DNA of 64,000 bases, from positions 1,550,001-1,614,000 of the forward strand of contig JAYWIR010000027.1 in assembly GCA_036172245.1 (NCBI GenBank), read 5' to 3'. Positions 1-11,700 of this stretch are shown here, piece after piece; the stretch's first letter is position 1; every line of letters starts with the position of its first letter. The position numbers were made by a program, and so were the translations under genes. Source of the DNA: Raillietiella orientalis. Taxonomy: Eukaryota. A model generated the notes under the pieces. It searched no databases. It saw nothing but the letters and a program-made list of their open reading frames with translations, and was not told the origin of the DNA.

Positions 1-2393
1 CCCCCCCCCCAAGAAGCGTGGATGGTTGCGAGAGCCGGCTGGCGAGCTGCTCTTGACCTCCAGAACAAACAGCCAAGAGATCTCTTGGACCGATTTTCCA
101 CCTGCGGCGGAATCCCGCTGGCGCAGCGAGAGCACACGCGTGCAGCGTAGTACGCTACGCGCGTGACGGTGCGCAGAGCTCGCCGCGGTGCAATGCATCA
201 TCGTCGCCCGAGGCGATCATCGCGACACACAACACGTCAACTCTTGCGGTCTGCTGCGGTCGTCGGTGCTGTGTTTTGCACGGGCGCTTTGGAAGTGTCG
301 TGCGATTCGCGCTCGGGGGAACGTTTGGCGGTGTGACACGGAGCCACGCGTGCGAACGACGTGCACGCACGCAACACACGTTCCCGTGCGGAACGTGCGC
401 AGGCAGAAGGGACAGGCGAGGGGTTGACAGTTTCCCTTATTCCGGGAAGTTAACAGCTCCCTCCGTCACACTCGTCGTACTGCTACGCACACGATGAGGT
501 TTCCATTGAGATCGAGTTTTTTCCTTCCTCTCTCCTCTTTCTCTCTCCTTTCAAGGGCGTCCCCCGAACGGTTGATGCTCCCCGTGGTTGTTCCTAGAGA
601 GTTTTGCTTCTGTACCACCACCACCACCACCGCTTTCCCTCAACTTCTTTTCCAGAAAAACGTGTGCCCGCCCCCTCCTCCCGTCCCCACAAAAAAAGTG
701 TTTCGAGGAGCTGGTCGCACCTGCTAATTTTCATTGAGCTCTCTTGTCGTTCCTTTGACCTTTTTTTTTTTTTGTTCCCTGATGAATCCTGGTGGTGGTT
801 CAAGCCCACAGGAAACGAGGTACACACACACACACACAAAAGACCGTCATAATATGTACATGTTGGGAAGATTCGCCAGAGGTGTACAAACGAATTTTTG
901 CATTTCAGCAAGGAGGAACCAGCCGTTTCCGAACAATGGAGTCTTCAAAGATAAGTTTCCATGGAGATGATCCACGTCAAGCCCGCCGTCAAAAATAGCC
1001 AGAAAGCCGCGGAGGAAGAGCATTAAATCTTCGCGCCAATCCAAGCTGATGATTACGATCAAAGCTCTGCGAGATCCGCGCTGCGATCTCCCGAAATAAT
1101 CCAATGATTTTTTTCGTGCTCTCCGATTACGACGTTGACGGACTGCGATGATGTTCTTCCCTTTGAGATCGCGGCGAACAGCGTCCGTTTGTTTTGTTTT
1201 TTTTTTTTTTTTGTTTTTTTTTTGTTTTTTTTGTTTTTTCCCATCCCCGAACCGTCACCTCGGTGCCCCGATCTAACAAACAATCGTTGGAAAGCGAGAG
1301 CGATGAAACCTTTTCCTTCTAATTTAGAGAGGGGGGGGGGGGAGAGTGATGCGCGTTAGCGCTCCCCCCCCTCTCCCTCCTTTTCTTCTCCGGATCCTCC
1401 CTCCCCTCCAGGCTGAGAGCGTCATTAAAGCAACCTGCGCGTTTCCGCAACAACAAGCGTTTTTTTTTTTTTTTTTTTTCCTTCTTCCTCTCGTTGGAGT
1501 GAAGGGAGGGGAGAGAGGGGAGGGGGGAGGGGGGAAGGGAGAGAGCACAAAATGCCCGGCTTGCACTCAGCAAGATTGCAGGAAGAGAAAATGACTGGAG
1601 GAGCACCCGTGAAGAGGGGGGGGGGGGGGGGGAAGGATGTTGCTGCAGGAACGCGCGCGTCACTTCGCTTGCACTTTCTTCGACGAGCCGCAGCCCCGAA
1701 GCGATCTGCAGGAAGGGGGACAGCTGTTGCTGCAGAACGGGGGGAGTACTCCGGGAAACAAGGAACAGAGGGGGAGGGGATCTGGTCTTCAGCCCGGGGA
1801 GTTCGAAGGACGCGGGCGCGAGCGCGCACGTGAGACAGAGAGGGGGAAGAGGCAGATGGGGGCCAAGCGCGCGGCTGGCGTTTCCCAGCAACCGCTTTGC
1901 ACAAAGCGGACGAGTCAGCAACGGAGGAAAGAAAACGAAAAAATAAAAAAAACCTCGGCCGCTGCGAGTGCTGCAGGAAAGGGGAAGTCGGAAAGCGCGC
2001 CACAGGGAAGGAGTGGAGCGCCGCTTTTGCCGCTGCCGCTCGCGAGCGACGGGACGTCCGGCGCGGGAACCACGGGGGCTCTTGACCTGCACCGGGGGGA
2101 CCAGGGGAGGGGCAGCGCGGGTCCAGTCTTTCCGGAAGGGTCGGACGAAGGCTCCCGAGCCTCCTCTCGCACACCTGGAGGACCGCCGCAGAACCGGCGG
2201 TTTCCCAGGCGACTGCGCCGCGCTACGCCGCCGCTGCCGGAGGCGAAAACGCCGACCAGAAGAGGGAGGGGGTGGGACGGCTCCTGGAAGGGACGCTCTG
2301 GGAATCTCCAGGAAGAGCGCTGGGGTGCGAGGGTCCCTCGGGTCACGTCCCTCCCCCCCTCCCTAGAGCGGAGAGAGGTCGGCACGTCGAGAG

Positions 2394-2406
2394 TGTTCAT
2401 TGACCT
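2394..2406. promoter_or_regulatory. IR1 ecdysone response element-like site
   Basis: TGTTCA-T-TGACCT, one mismatch to RG(G/T)TCAnTGA(C/A)CY. Confidence 0.4.
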
Positions 2407-4825
2407 CGGTTCGCGGCATTCTCGCCCGAAGGGCTTCCGCACGCTCCCCAGGCTCCCTCTGCGAGGGAAAGCACCCTCAGGCGCGGCTCGCTGGTCCGCC
2501 CTGCGGCGACCGCCACGAGATGGCGCCACGCGTCGACTGTCTCCTGGGGCGCCCGCGGGCGCCTTCCTCAGCGTGCGAAGAGGCGCTTCGCGGTTGCATG
2601 GGGCAGAGAAGGGGGATTCCCTAGGGCAAGTTGGACAGGGGGCAGCGGTTTAGGAGCTGACCCGTGCCCAACCAGCGCTCTTCCCTTTCGCGGTCAGGAG
2701 AGGGAGGCAATGCAAGGAACCGGGAAGTGGCGACGCGTCCGCCCCGCGGTCCCTCCCCCATCTGCTTCTTCCGGGGACGGGACGAATCCCCTTCGGGGGT
2801 CGCTGCGCGGCGCCCCGAGCGACAGCGGCGACTCGAAGGGTCGGCGGCGGGAGATTCTCTCCCTCTGGGGTCAAGGGCCGAGAGTCTCCCCACCCTCCGA
2901 CGCGCGCGGGACGGAGGAGGAAGGAAAAGGGAAGGGAGGCGGAGGGGACCGCCTCTGGCTGACCCCAAGACGGGAAGGGTCGACTCCGCCGCGGGCGCGC
3001 GCGCGGGGCCCGAAGGGCGATCACCCCCGTTTGCGAACCCTTTCCTCCTCTCTGCTCCCCGTCCGAGGAGACGGAGGCTCCGAGGTTGCCGCCGGCAACC
3101 CGCATCCAGGTGATCGCGCCGCCGCCAATGCCTGCACGACACTGCCGCCGTCGACGCCGCCACTTCCCCTCCCTCCTCCCTTCCCCCTCTCCACTTTCTC
3201 CGTCTGCCTGGAAACCTCCCTTCCCACACGCTGGAGACCTGAGCAAATGGTGGGGTCTCGCGCGTGCACCCACAGCCTCCTCCCCCTCTTCCTTCGCGGC
3301 GGCGCGCCTTTCCCCCCTACGGCGGCGCCTCCCCCGCGCCAAGGGACGAGGAATTTCCTCCCCCTCGTGCGAGAACTTCCGCCGCTCGGCTGCCTTCCTC
3401 CCGCGCGCGAGGCGCCTCTGGGTCGAAGGACGGCCGCCAGCCCGGACGCGCGCGCGCGAGGGACAACTCTTACTTTCTTCGTAAGACGCGCAGGGAACGA
3501 GGGGAAGAGCGACGACGTCGACGCGCGCGTCTGCTGCTCCCGGAAACAAGACGACGAGCCGGGACAGTTCGCTCCCTCCGCTGGAGATGAAGCCGCTGAC
3601 TCCACATCTTCGGTACTTGCGCCTTGCAAGTTCCTCTGGAAGAATAAGAAAAACAAAAGGGGGGGGGGGAAGGGGAGGTGGAGGAAAGACTAAAAATAAT
3701 AACAACGATAAAAAAAAAAAAAAAAAAAAAAAAAGGCCTTTGCAATCACGCCATGCCGACTAATTAAAAACCAGATTCGCCGCTGATTCACCTCGGATTT
3801 TCCTTTATTAGTAGCCCCGATTGCAGGTGCATCGTTTAATTGGAGGTGACGTCACGACTCGTCTGATTAGCCGGTCCATTCCTCCCCCCCCCTCCCCCCC
3901 CGGCGCTCGCTCCTTTTTCCTTTTTTTCCCACCGAAACAAAAACGAGCGTTTTCTGCGCAGGCCTCATTGTTTATGCAGGAAAGTTTCCAAGCAGCGGTT
4001 TCCATGGGTGTCTTCATGTTATGGAAACGCAGCATCGCAAACACGTGTAATCGGAGAAAGGGGTGTGTGCGTGAGCGCGCGCGTGTGTGGAGTTTTTTTT
4101 CCCAAAAAGTCAAAAAGAAAAAGGGGGGAAAAAAAGATGGAAGAGAGAGAGGGGAAAAAAGCAAACCAAAGCAAAAGGGGGCACCGCGGTTTAGAAACCC
4201 TAGCAACCGATTCGGAGTATCCGTGCAAAGGCGGATGCTCCGGATCCGTGAGCAGGAGAGGTGGGGAGAAGCGGCTTGAGGATCCGTGGCGAGAGGAAGG
4301 AGACTCCCGCAACAAGTGGCCGGCAGATCCCTCCCGTCACGAGGCTGGGGGAAGGGGGAGAGGGAAATGCGGGAGGAGGAGGAGGCATCCCGTCGCCGGG
4401 GCGCTCGTTCACCTGCTCGTGGAAACGGGGGACTCGCAGCGCGCCGCTGTCGGCGTGCTGCGATACGCGCCAAGTTTGCGGGAGGCCTCCTCTCCGTGGC
4501 AACGGGAGGAGAGAGGGGAGGGGAAGGAGCGCGCTCGCGCGCACATGAAAGACAACAATGGCGTGCGAAAAACAGCGGCGGCAAGTGCGCATGTTTTTTT
4601 TTCTTTTTTTCTTTTTCCTCCCGTTCCCCCAGATCACAGCATCACGATCCGGAGGGAAGGGAGGGGGAGGGCACAGGGGAGGAGTTGCCACGGCCTCGCG
4701 AGAACCAGCGAAGTGCCCTCCGCGTTTTTCGGGCTGCGGGCGGTCCTCGCCTGAGACGCCGCCGCGCGGCAGCTGCCTGAACCGCCGCCACCCGTTTATA
4801 AAGGATGTTCTTACCGGCCTTCCTG

Positions 4826-4830
<5 letters not shown>

Positions 4831-4901
<71 letters not shown>
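4831..4901. repeat. Compound (TC)15(GA)20 microsatellite forming a perfect palindrome
   Basis: Directly visible. Confidence 0.95.
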
Positions 4902-4904
<3 letters not shown>

Positions 4905-5637
4905 GATCCGGGAGCCGAGGATGAGACCCCCCCCTCCGTGCCCGCGAGAGGAAAGAAACGGTGAAGGTGGGAAGGAGCAGCAACAGAGGGGAGGAGGGAA
5001 TCCTTCCACCTTGGAGCGTTCGCTCACGAGGCGATGGCTCCTTGCGAAGCACCGGCGACCCCCCCCTCCCCCCCTCATCGGAAGGCTTTCACGGGCGCCG
5101 CCGCATGTCCTTGACGTGCTTCCCTCCTCCCCCTATTTTCGGCCCCTTTCCCGCCCGGTGGAGGCTCCGCGAAGGAGGAGGAGCAGTAGATCGAGAGGAC
5201 ACGCCCTTGGTCTTCCCTCCTCGGGACCCCGCTCGCCTGGAGCTGAGACGACAAGGAGGCAGCGGTCGTTGCCCTGGAAAGCCTCCGCCCTTCTTCGGGA
5301 GCGGACGAGGAGGCGATGGGTTCCAGGAAGCGCGGCTCCTCCCCTCGCGGGCCGCGACTCCACGAAGTCATGGCAACGCGGAGCGCTCTCTCCTCTTGCC
5401 TACTTCTCCCTCCCCGGAAACGCGGAGGCGCGACCTTTCCAGTCCCCTCCTCCTCTTCCCGCCCACCCCCCTTCCTTTCCGTCCTCGCGGTAGAGGAGGT
5501 CTCGTGGGGTCACCCCCTCTTCCGAGCGGAATAGCGGGGACTCCTCCCCCCATCCCGCACCTCCGGATGGGAAGTCTCGCGGTCCGACGGTGCGCGCTCC
5601 GCTCCGCAGCCGCCGCCACCGAGTCTGCCGATCGAAG

Positions 5638-5656
5638 AGTTCAAGGTCAAAGTTCG
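5638..5656 (+). promoter_or_regulatory. Triple nuclear-receptor half-site array (DR0 plus DR1) containing TCAAGGTCA
   Basis: AGTTCA AGGTCA a AGTTCG. Confidence 0.35.
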
Positions 5657-8600
5657 GCGCGCGGGCGACGACGGGTTTCCTGTTGAAAAGCTCTGGGCAA
5701 TCCTCGCCCACCGCCCCTCCTGGGTGGGACCAGTGCGGGGAGGAGGGACGCAGCCCGCTTCCGCTTCCCCCGCCCTCCCCCTCCCTGCCTTGCGATGGCG
5801 AGGGAGAACGATAAGAGAGGAACGACAGCGGGTGTGGCCTCTTCCGGCTCGTTTCCTCCGCCGTGCTCCGCCACCTTTGCCACCGCGGAGGTCGGCGAAG
5901 GTGGCGGGAGATCCCTCCAGACTATGGTCGGCCCGAGAACCATCTAGCGTCTCAACAGAGAAGTTCCTGCAGAGAAATGGCATGCAAGAGCTCGAGAGCC
6001 TCCTCCTCGAGGGAAGCAAAAAAGGCCAGGATACGCTCATCAGGACCAGGGAAGCTCCCTCATCCTCCTTCACATTACCTAGATGGGGTGCGGGCTGGAT
6101 GACTCCTTCCATGCCCGCCTGAGTCGGACGCGGCGCTCGCCGGGAGACGACCAGCGCCAGAACCATCTACCGTCGTCCGCACGAAGTGCGTCCTAGGAAG
6201 AGGGGCTCCCTCTGCTCTCCCCCGCTCGCGCGTTCACCTCCGGTCGAAGCGCGACGGGCGATGGAGAGGCCTCTGCTCCTCCGTTTCGCCTCCCCAATGG
6301 CTTGCTGCGTCCCGGAAGCGCGCGATTCCACTCACTCTTTGAGTTCGGATGGGAGCTCCCCTGTGTGCGGGGAGAATTCCGACCCCCTAGGCAACTGCCA
6401 CCCACTGCGGAGGCCTCCCCCCGTCCCTGAGCGAGACGCCTGCGCAGCTCCCGAGAGGCCTCCCGCTGCCGTCCCTCACTCCTTGACGCGCTGCTGGGAC
6501 GTCAGGCAGGACCTCTGGTTTCCGTCCGGGGGTCATCGCAGAAGATGCCAGATCAATCGGCCTCTGTCCCTCGTCCGTTCCTTCCCTGACCCCCCCAGGA
6601 AGAGCTTCCTCAAGGGGAGGGAAGGAACTCCAGTCCTGCGATCCGCGCGGATGGAACGAAGAGGAGGAGGAGGAGGAGAGGTGATCGTCTTGCTATGGGC
6701 CGTCGGCAAAAAAGGGGACAACCGCCGTGGGCCGTGGAAGCGGGGTAGGAACGCGTGGGGATGGGTGAGTGGGAGAAGGAAGCGGCTAGCGCGCTCCCCT
6801 TGGCTGAGGGTCCTTCCGTGTCCTGCACCGCTCGCGGCGGATGGCGACGGGCCGTCCGTCCGCGGAGCGCGACGCCAGCGCCGCGCTCGCAGCGGCGCCG
6901 GGCTCCCCGAACGGCTTTCTTGAGGGGGGGCGGGGCGGACGCGCTCCCTCACAGGGAGGCCGGGCGGATCGCCCCTCAAGGTCGTCCCTCCGCAGCACCC
7001 GAAGGACCTGCTCGTCCCCCCCCCCCTGCCCCGGATAGGGTGCGCGGGCCTCTGCTTCGTGGTTCGGCGGAACGCGCGATACGATCTGCCCGCGTCCTGG
7101 GAAACGGCGGTCCACGCGCCGCGGCGCCGGTGTCAGCGGCGAGGGCGTGCGTTCTTCCTCCTCCTCCTCCACCTCCGCCACGCCACTCCGGCCATCTTGA
7201 TAATGACCTTTAGAGAAAGCTGGATGCGAAAGATCGCTCGGGAATCTCGCCGAGATCTCGGAGAGAAGCGAAGATCCGGCGGTGTAGTAGCCCGGGCGCC
7301 CGCTCGCTCACGCGGGCGAACGCGCGCGTTGGAGGGGAGAGGAGGAGGAGAGCGGAGGATTTCTCGCGGTGCAAAGCTCCGGCCGACTCTCCTTGCCTCT
7401 CTCCTTCCCCCAGCCTCCTTGCGCGGATCGCGTTGCCGTAACAGCCGCCGCTGCTCCCCAGAGCGGAACTGTGGAAGACACGGGAGCGCGGCCGCCGCGG
7501 ATACCGGAAGGGGTGATCTCGCGACCAGCATGAGGAAACGGCGAAGGCTCCTCCTCCCCCCCTCCCATCTGCGGATTCCGAGCGGCTCCGCCGGCCCCCT
7601 CTGGCATTCCGGACGTATGAGCGCCCTGCGCTCGGGCGGCCGGAAGGACACGCGGACACACGCGCGCGCGCGCGCAGCTTCCACCCGCGGAGCGAGAGGG
7701 AGCCAGCGGCGCTCGTGACGTGGAGACGGATGCTGGGCTGGCCCAGGATGCGTGGTCACCGTCGCCGGCCACGTGCTCGCGGAAGCTCCACGGGGAGGGG
7801 GGGGGGGGAGGAGCAGTATGACGGGAGGTCGCTTTCGCGAGAGAGAGAGCGAGCGCGCGTTCCGAGGCTTCTCTCTCCCCCTCTCTCTCTGTCTGCCCCC
7901 TCCCCCTCCTTCCCCCCCCCGCGCTCCCCCCTCCCCCCCGGCTATTGTTGGGCTCCCGCGCCGCCGCGGCGAAACGCGAAATGCCATCCAACGCGCCCTC
8001 GCGCGCAGCCGTCTTTTTCCCCGCGGCCCCCGGCGAGGGGCCCTTCCATTCAGGCTGCCGGCGCCGGAGGTCGCAAGGTGTCACGGACGCTTCCGTCATG
8101 TCATTTTTTCCCGGAGGGAATCTCCGTACACGCGAGGGAGGCGGGGGGAGCGAAATAACAACGCACAAAGTCACAAGTGAACGAGGAACGGATGGAACAC
8201 CTTTGCTCCGATCGCTTCCCTCGCGTGTTGGCGCGCGCGTCTGTTTCTTTCCGCCGAGCCTTAAATGCCTGTCGTTCGATGAGTAATGATACGGCAATTA
8301 TGCCGAAGGTGAAGCCAGGCGCCGAGCCATCATTATTATTATTATTATTATTTTTTTTTTCTTTTGCTATTTTAGCGCTCAACAGTTGTGAGAGGGGGAG
8401 CGGAGACCGCGGAACGTCAGGGGAGGCGCGGGATGGTTTTCGGAGGGAAGGAGAGAGAAGGCAAACTGCGCTTCGCGCGCTCCCGGCCGCAGGACACGAG
8501 GAAGAGGGCTGCTGTGCTGCGCGTGCGCGCGCACCGCCGGCAGGACCGCGCGGCGCCTCCCCTCAGAGTGGCTGGCGGCCGGCCGCGGAGGTCCGTCCGT

Positions 8601-8768
8601 CCGTCCCCCCCCCCTTTCTCACCTGGACTCCCCGCATCACATGGTCTCTTCCGAGGTGCGCGCGTCGTCACGTGACCGCGGCCGGCCGATGCACGCATTG
8701 CGAGTCCGGACGGCAGGCGGCCGCCTGTCCCTCCCCCCCCCCCCCCCTCTCTCTCTCTCTATTGAGCT

Positions 8769-8790
8769 CGCGCGCGCGCGCGCGCGCGCG
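8769..8790. repeat. (CG)11 dinucleotide run
   Basis: Directly visible. Confidence 0.9.
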
Positions 8791-11700
8791 CCGCGGCGAG
8801 CGGCCGCCAGGAATGCGAGCTCGCGGAGACAGCGGCAAGCAGGGCCGGACCCCGAGGCGGCCGAGTCGCGCCACCGCGGCCGCTCTGGAGAGCGAGGACG
8901 GAACGCACCTGTTTTCTCCCGAACCGGGAAAAGCGGGTCGGGCGGGCGCGCTCTCGACCAGCAGTTTCGGATGGCACCGCGGTCACGCACTTCCCCGCGG
9001 CCTCGGCAGACGGAGATCTGCGACGAGAAAAAGGGTCGTCTGACAGCGAAGACGACGACGGCGGCGGCGACGATCCTTTTCCTTTCCGGAACGCAGCCGG
9101 CAGGGGAAGAAGCTCGGATTCGCGGGCGGAGGCTGCAGGCCCGGAGGCGGCGGAGCTCTGGATGGCGTCCCGCATCCACGACTACGCGTCCTCCCAAGGA
9201 GCTGCTGGCGCGGGAAGGAAGCGGGCGCCGGAAAGTGGTCGGGCGGACGTTCGTTGTTGCTGTCGTTACCGCCTCTCTCCGGGCAGCCCTCGGACGAAGT
9301 CTCTCCTCTTGGATGGCGTAAAAGTCCCGCCTCTTATTTCAGGCAGCGGTCGTTTCCAAAGTGTCCGCCGAGCTTCTTCCTTCCTCAGCTGGTCGAGGGA
9401 GCAAACGGGAGGTCGCCGAAGAGCCCCTCAAGGGCCTTGAAGGGGTGGGTGGGTGGGAGGATTTCGATGATGTGGGAAGAGGTCGCGTTCTGGAGGGATG
9501 TCCTGACCGCGGTCGGTCGGAGGAAAGCCTATTTGCGAAGAGGGAAGCGAACCAGGGTCGCGGCGGTTGAGAGGGAGATTGGTGAGTCGAGGGTCCGGCG
9601 GGAAGCGGCTGCGGAGGCCGCGAAGTGAGCAAGGAAGGAGCGAGGAGGAGGAGGAAGAGTTCTTGATGCCGGGCGGAATGGTGAACGCGAGGGATGAACT
9701 GCGTGAGTGGTTGCTTCCGGAATGGGAAGCAGCGGCCTTGGCTCAACAGCCTGTTCGCCGGTTCGGTGATTCAAGCGAACGAATTCTCTGGTCGATTCCG
9801 TGCCGGAAGCCGCGAGCGGGGTGCGCTGGAATCGAATCGCCAAGAAAAAAAAAAAGCGGGAAACGCTCCACCCTGTTCGTGCCTCCGGTAACGAGCACGG
9901 GTGCGCAGGGATAACGCGCGCGGAGAGAGATTCAGAGCCGTCTGCTACGTGAAAGATTCGTTCTGGTACTCTCTCCCACTTCCGGGAACAAGAGCGAAAC
10001 GACACCCACTCCCAAGATCAGTCAGGGTATCCTTCACGTTCACTGACAGATTCTTTGATCGAAGGCTTCGGGCTGAGGCTTACTTGCAGACGGCATTTCG
10101 ACTGCCCCACCTCTTAAGGGATTTTTTTGCAACAATTCTTTGTTTATCTTTAGCTATCACTGAGTTATTTTCAGCAGCACTGCTGACCCATCATCACGTC
10201 GTCATTCGCTCCCTGCAGATTAATGCTATGCCGCCGCTCTTTGCAATTTCAACAAAACATCCGAAGGAACGCCAATTCTTGTTCAAGAATCGTGGGCTCC
10301 GAATCTTGGACCTCGGTCCGTCCTCATTCATAATGCGCCGCAAATTTCGGAAAAGAAATCGGCTTGGGCTGGTCAATTTCACTTGGGTCCGTGTTCTCCC
10401 CCCAGTCAGCCCGAAGAGGGTGGAGCCCTAACACTGGTAGACGCGCAGTCAACTCCGAGGCAGCCCACTCCGCAGGCAAAACGGATCGGTGGAATGCACC
10501 TCAGAATGTACTTCACCAGCCAAGAGAAGTACGATGGCGTGCAATCTCAACCGGATTTGATGTGCTCCAGGAAGCACAAGTCTGGCTGTGTTCCCATAAA
10601 TCGCTTCGCATGCCCAGGTGAGCCCTCCCCACGGGAGTGCCGCCGTGGATTTCGCGAGTCGCGATGCCTTGGAAAGATTGCGAGGAGCAGGCAGCAAGGG
10701 ATGGGTTTGATGCGCCCAACTGTCCCAGGAAGGGGGGCGCTGCTGCGTCGCTCCTTCCTGGAGACGGAGCAACCGCCCTAGCGACTGCGGACGGCTGCCA
10801 GGCAGCGATGATTGTGGCAGAGTTGGGGTCCTTCAAATCCCCCCCCCGCCTTGCCCCCTTCCCAACAACAACAGCAAGTGAACACCCTGCAGGAGAGCTG
10901 CCAATACGTCAACAGCCAGTCTTTCCACGAAGTGGACGTTCGACCAGAGCGAAGGCAGCGGCCACTTTAGCGCGACTCCGACGCGCAAACGCGTAAATGC
11001 GACGCGGACGTTCTCCAACCCAAGTGAGCAGTCGCCGCTCACCGGTTCACCGGCACGCAGGGAGGAAGCCGGATCACCCGACTCGCATCTCACTTTGCGT
11101 AATCTTCACGACCCTGCCATTACAAAGCGCAGGGTCGCGAAGGGTACGCCGCCGGAAGATTCACTTTCGTCTTCCGGAAAAAGGAGAGCGGGAACGTAAG
11201 GTGAGCGAGAATGGTAACGGCGAACCGATGACGACCGCAGGTTGGTCCACCGACGAAATGCGAACCGATGGATGGATGGCACAGACGGCGTCTTTCGTGC
11301 CCTGGAAGGCGCGGGAGATCCGCAGCAAGAGGTTCCGCGGGGAAAGGGGGAGGAGGAGAGCTTCCGCCTGCGCCTTTCCGGATGCGGGTGGGACTTTCCC
11401 GGCAGGGGGGAGGAATCCCAGGGAGGCCATTTCCCCCCCCCCTCCCTCCTCCCGACGCAGATTGCGGAGACGGTTTCTCAGAATCCCGCGCAGAGGGGGA
11501 GGGAAGCTCCGAAAGAGGCTTTTCCCGTGAGGTGCCGGAGGGGAGAACCCTTCTGCTCCCGATCCTGCGACGGACGGTTTCCAGCTTGCATCCCTGCTCG
11601 GATCCAAGGACTCCCAGAAGCAAATGGGCCTCGAACAGGGGATGAGGTGGGAGGGACGGAAAGGAGACGCAGCCGCGGGAGGGTCTCGCCTCTTCCTCTT

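Noticed and set aside
187..199. GGTGCA-A-TGCATC IR1-like element
   Set aside because: Neither half-site matches RGKTCA; too degenerate to call
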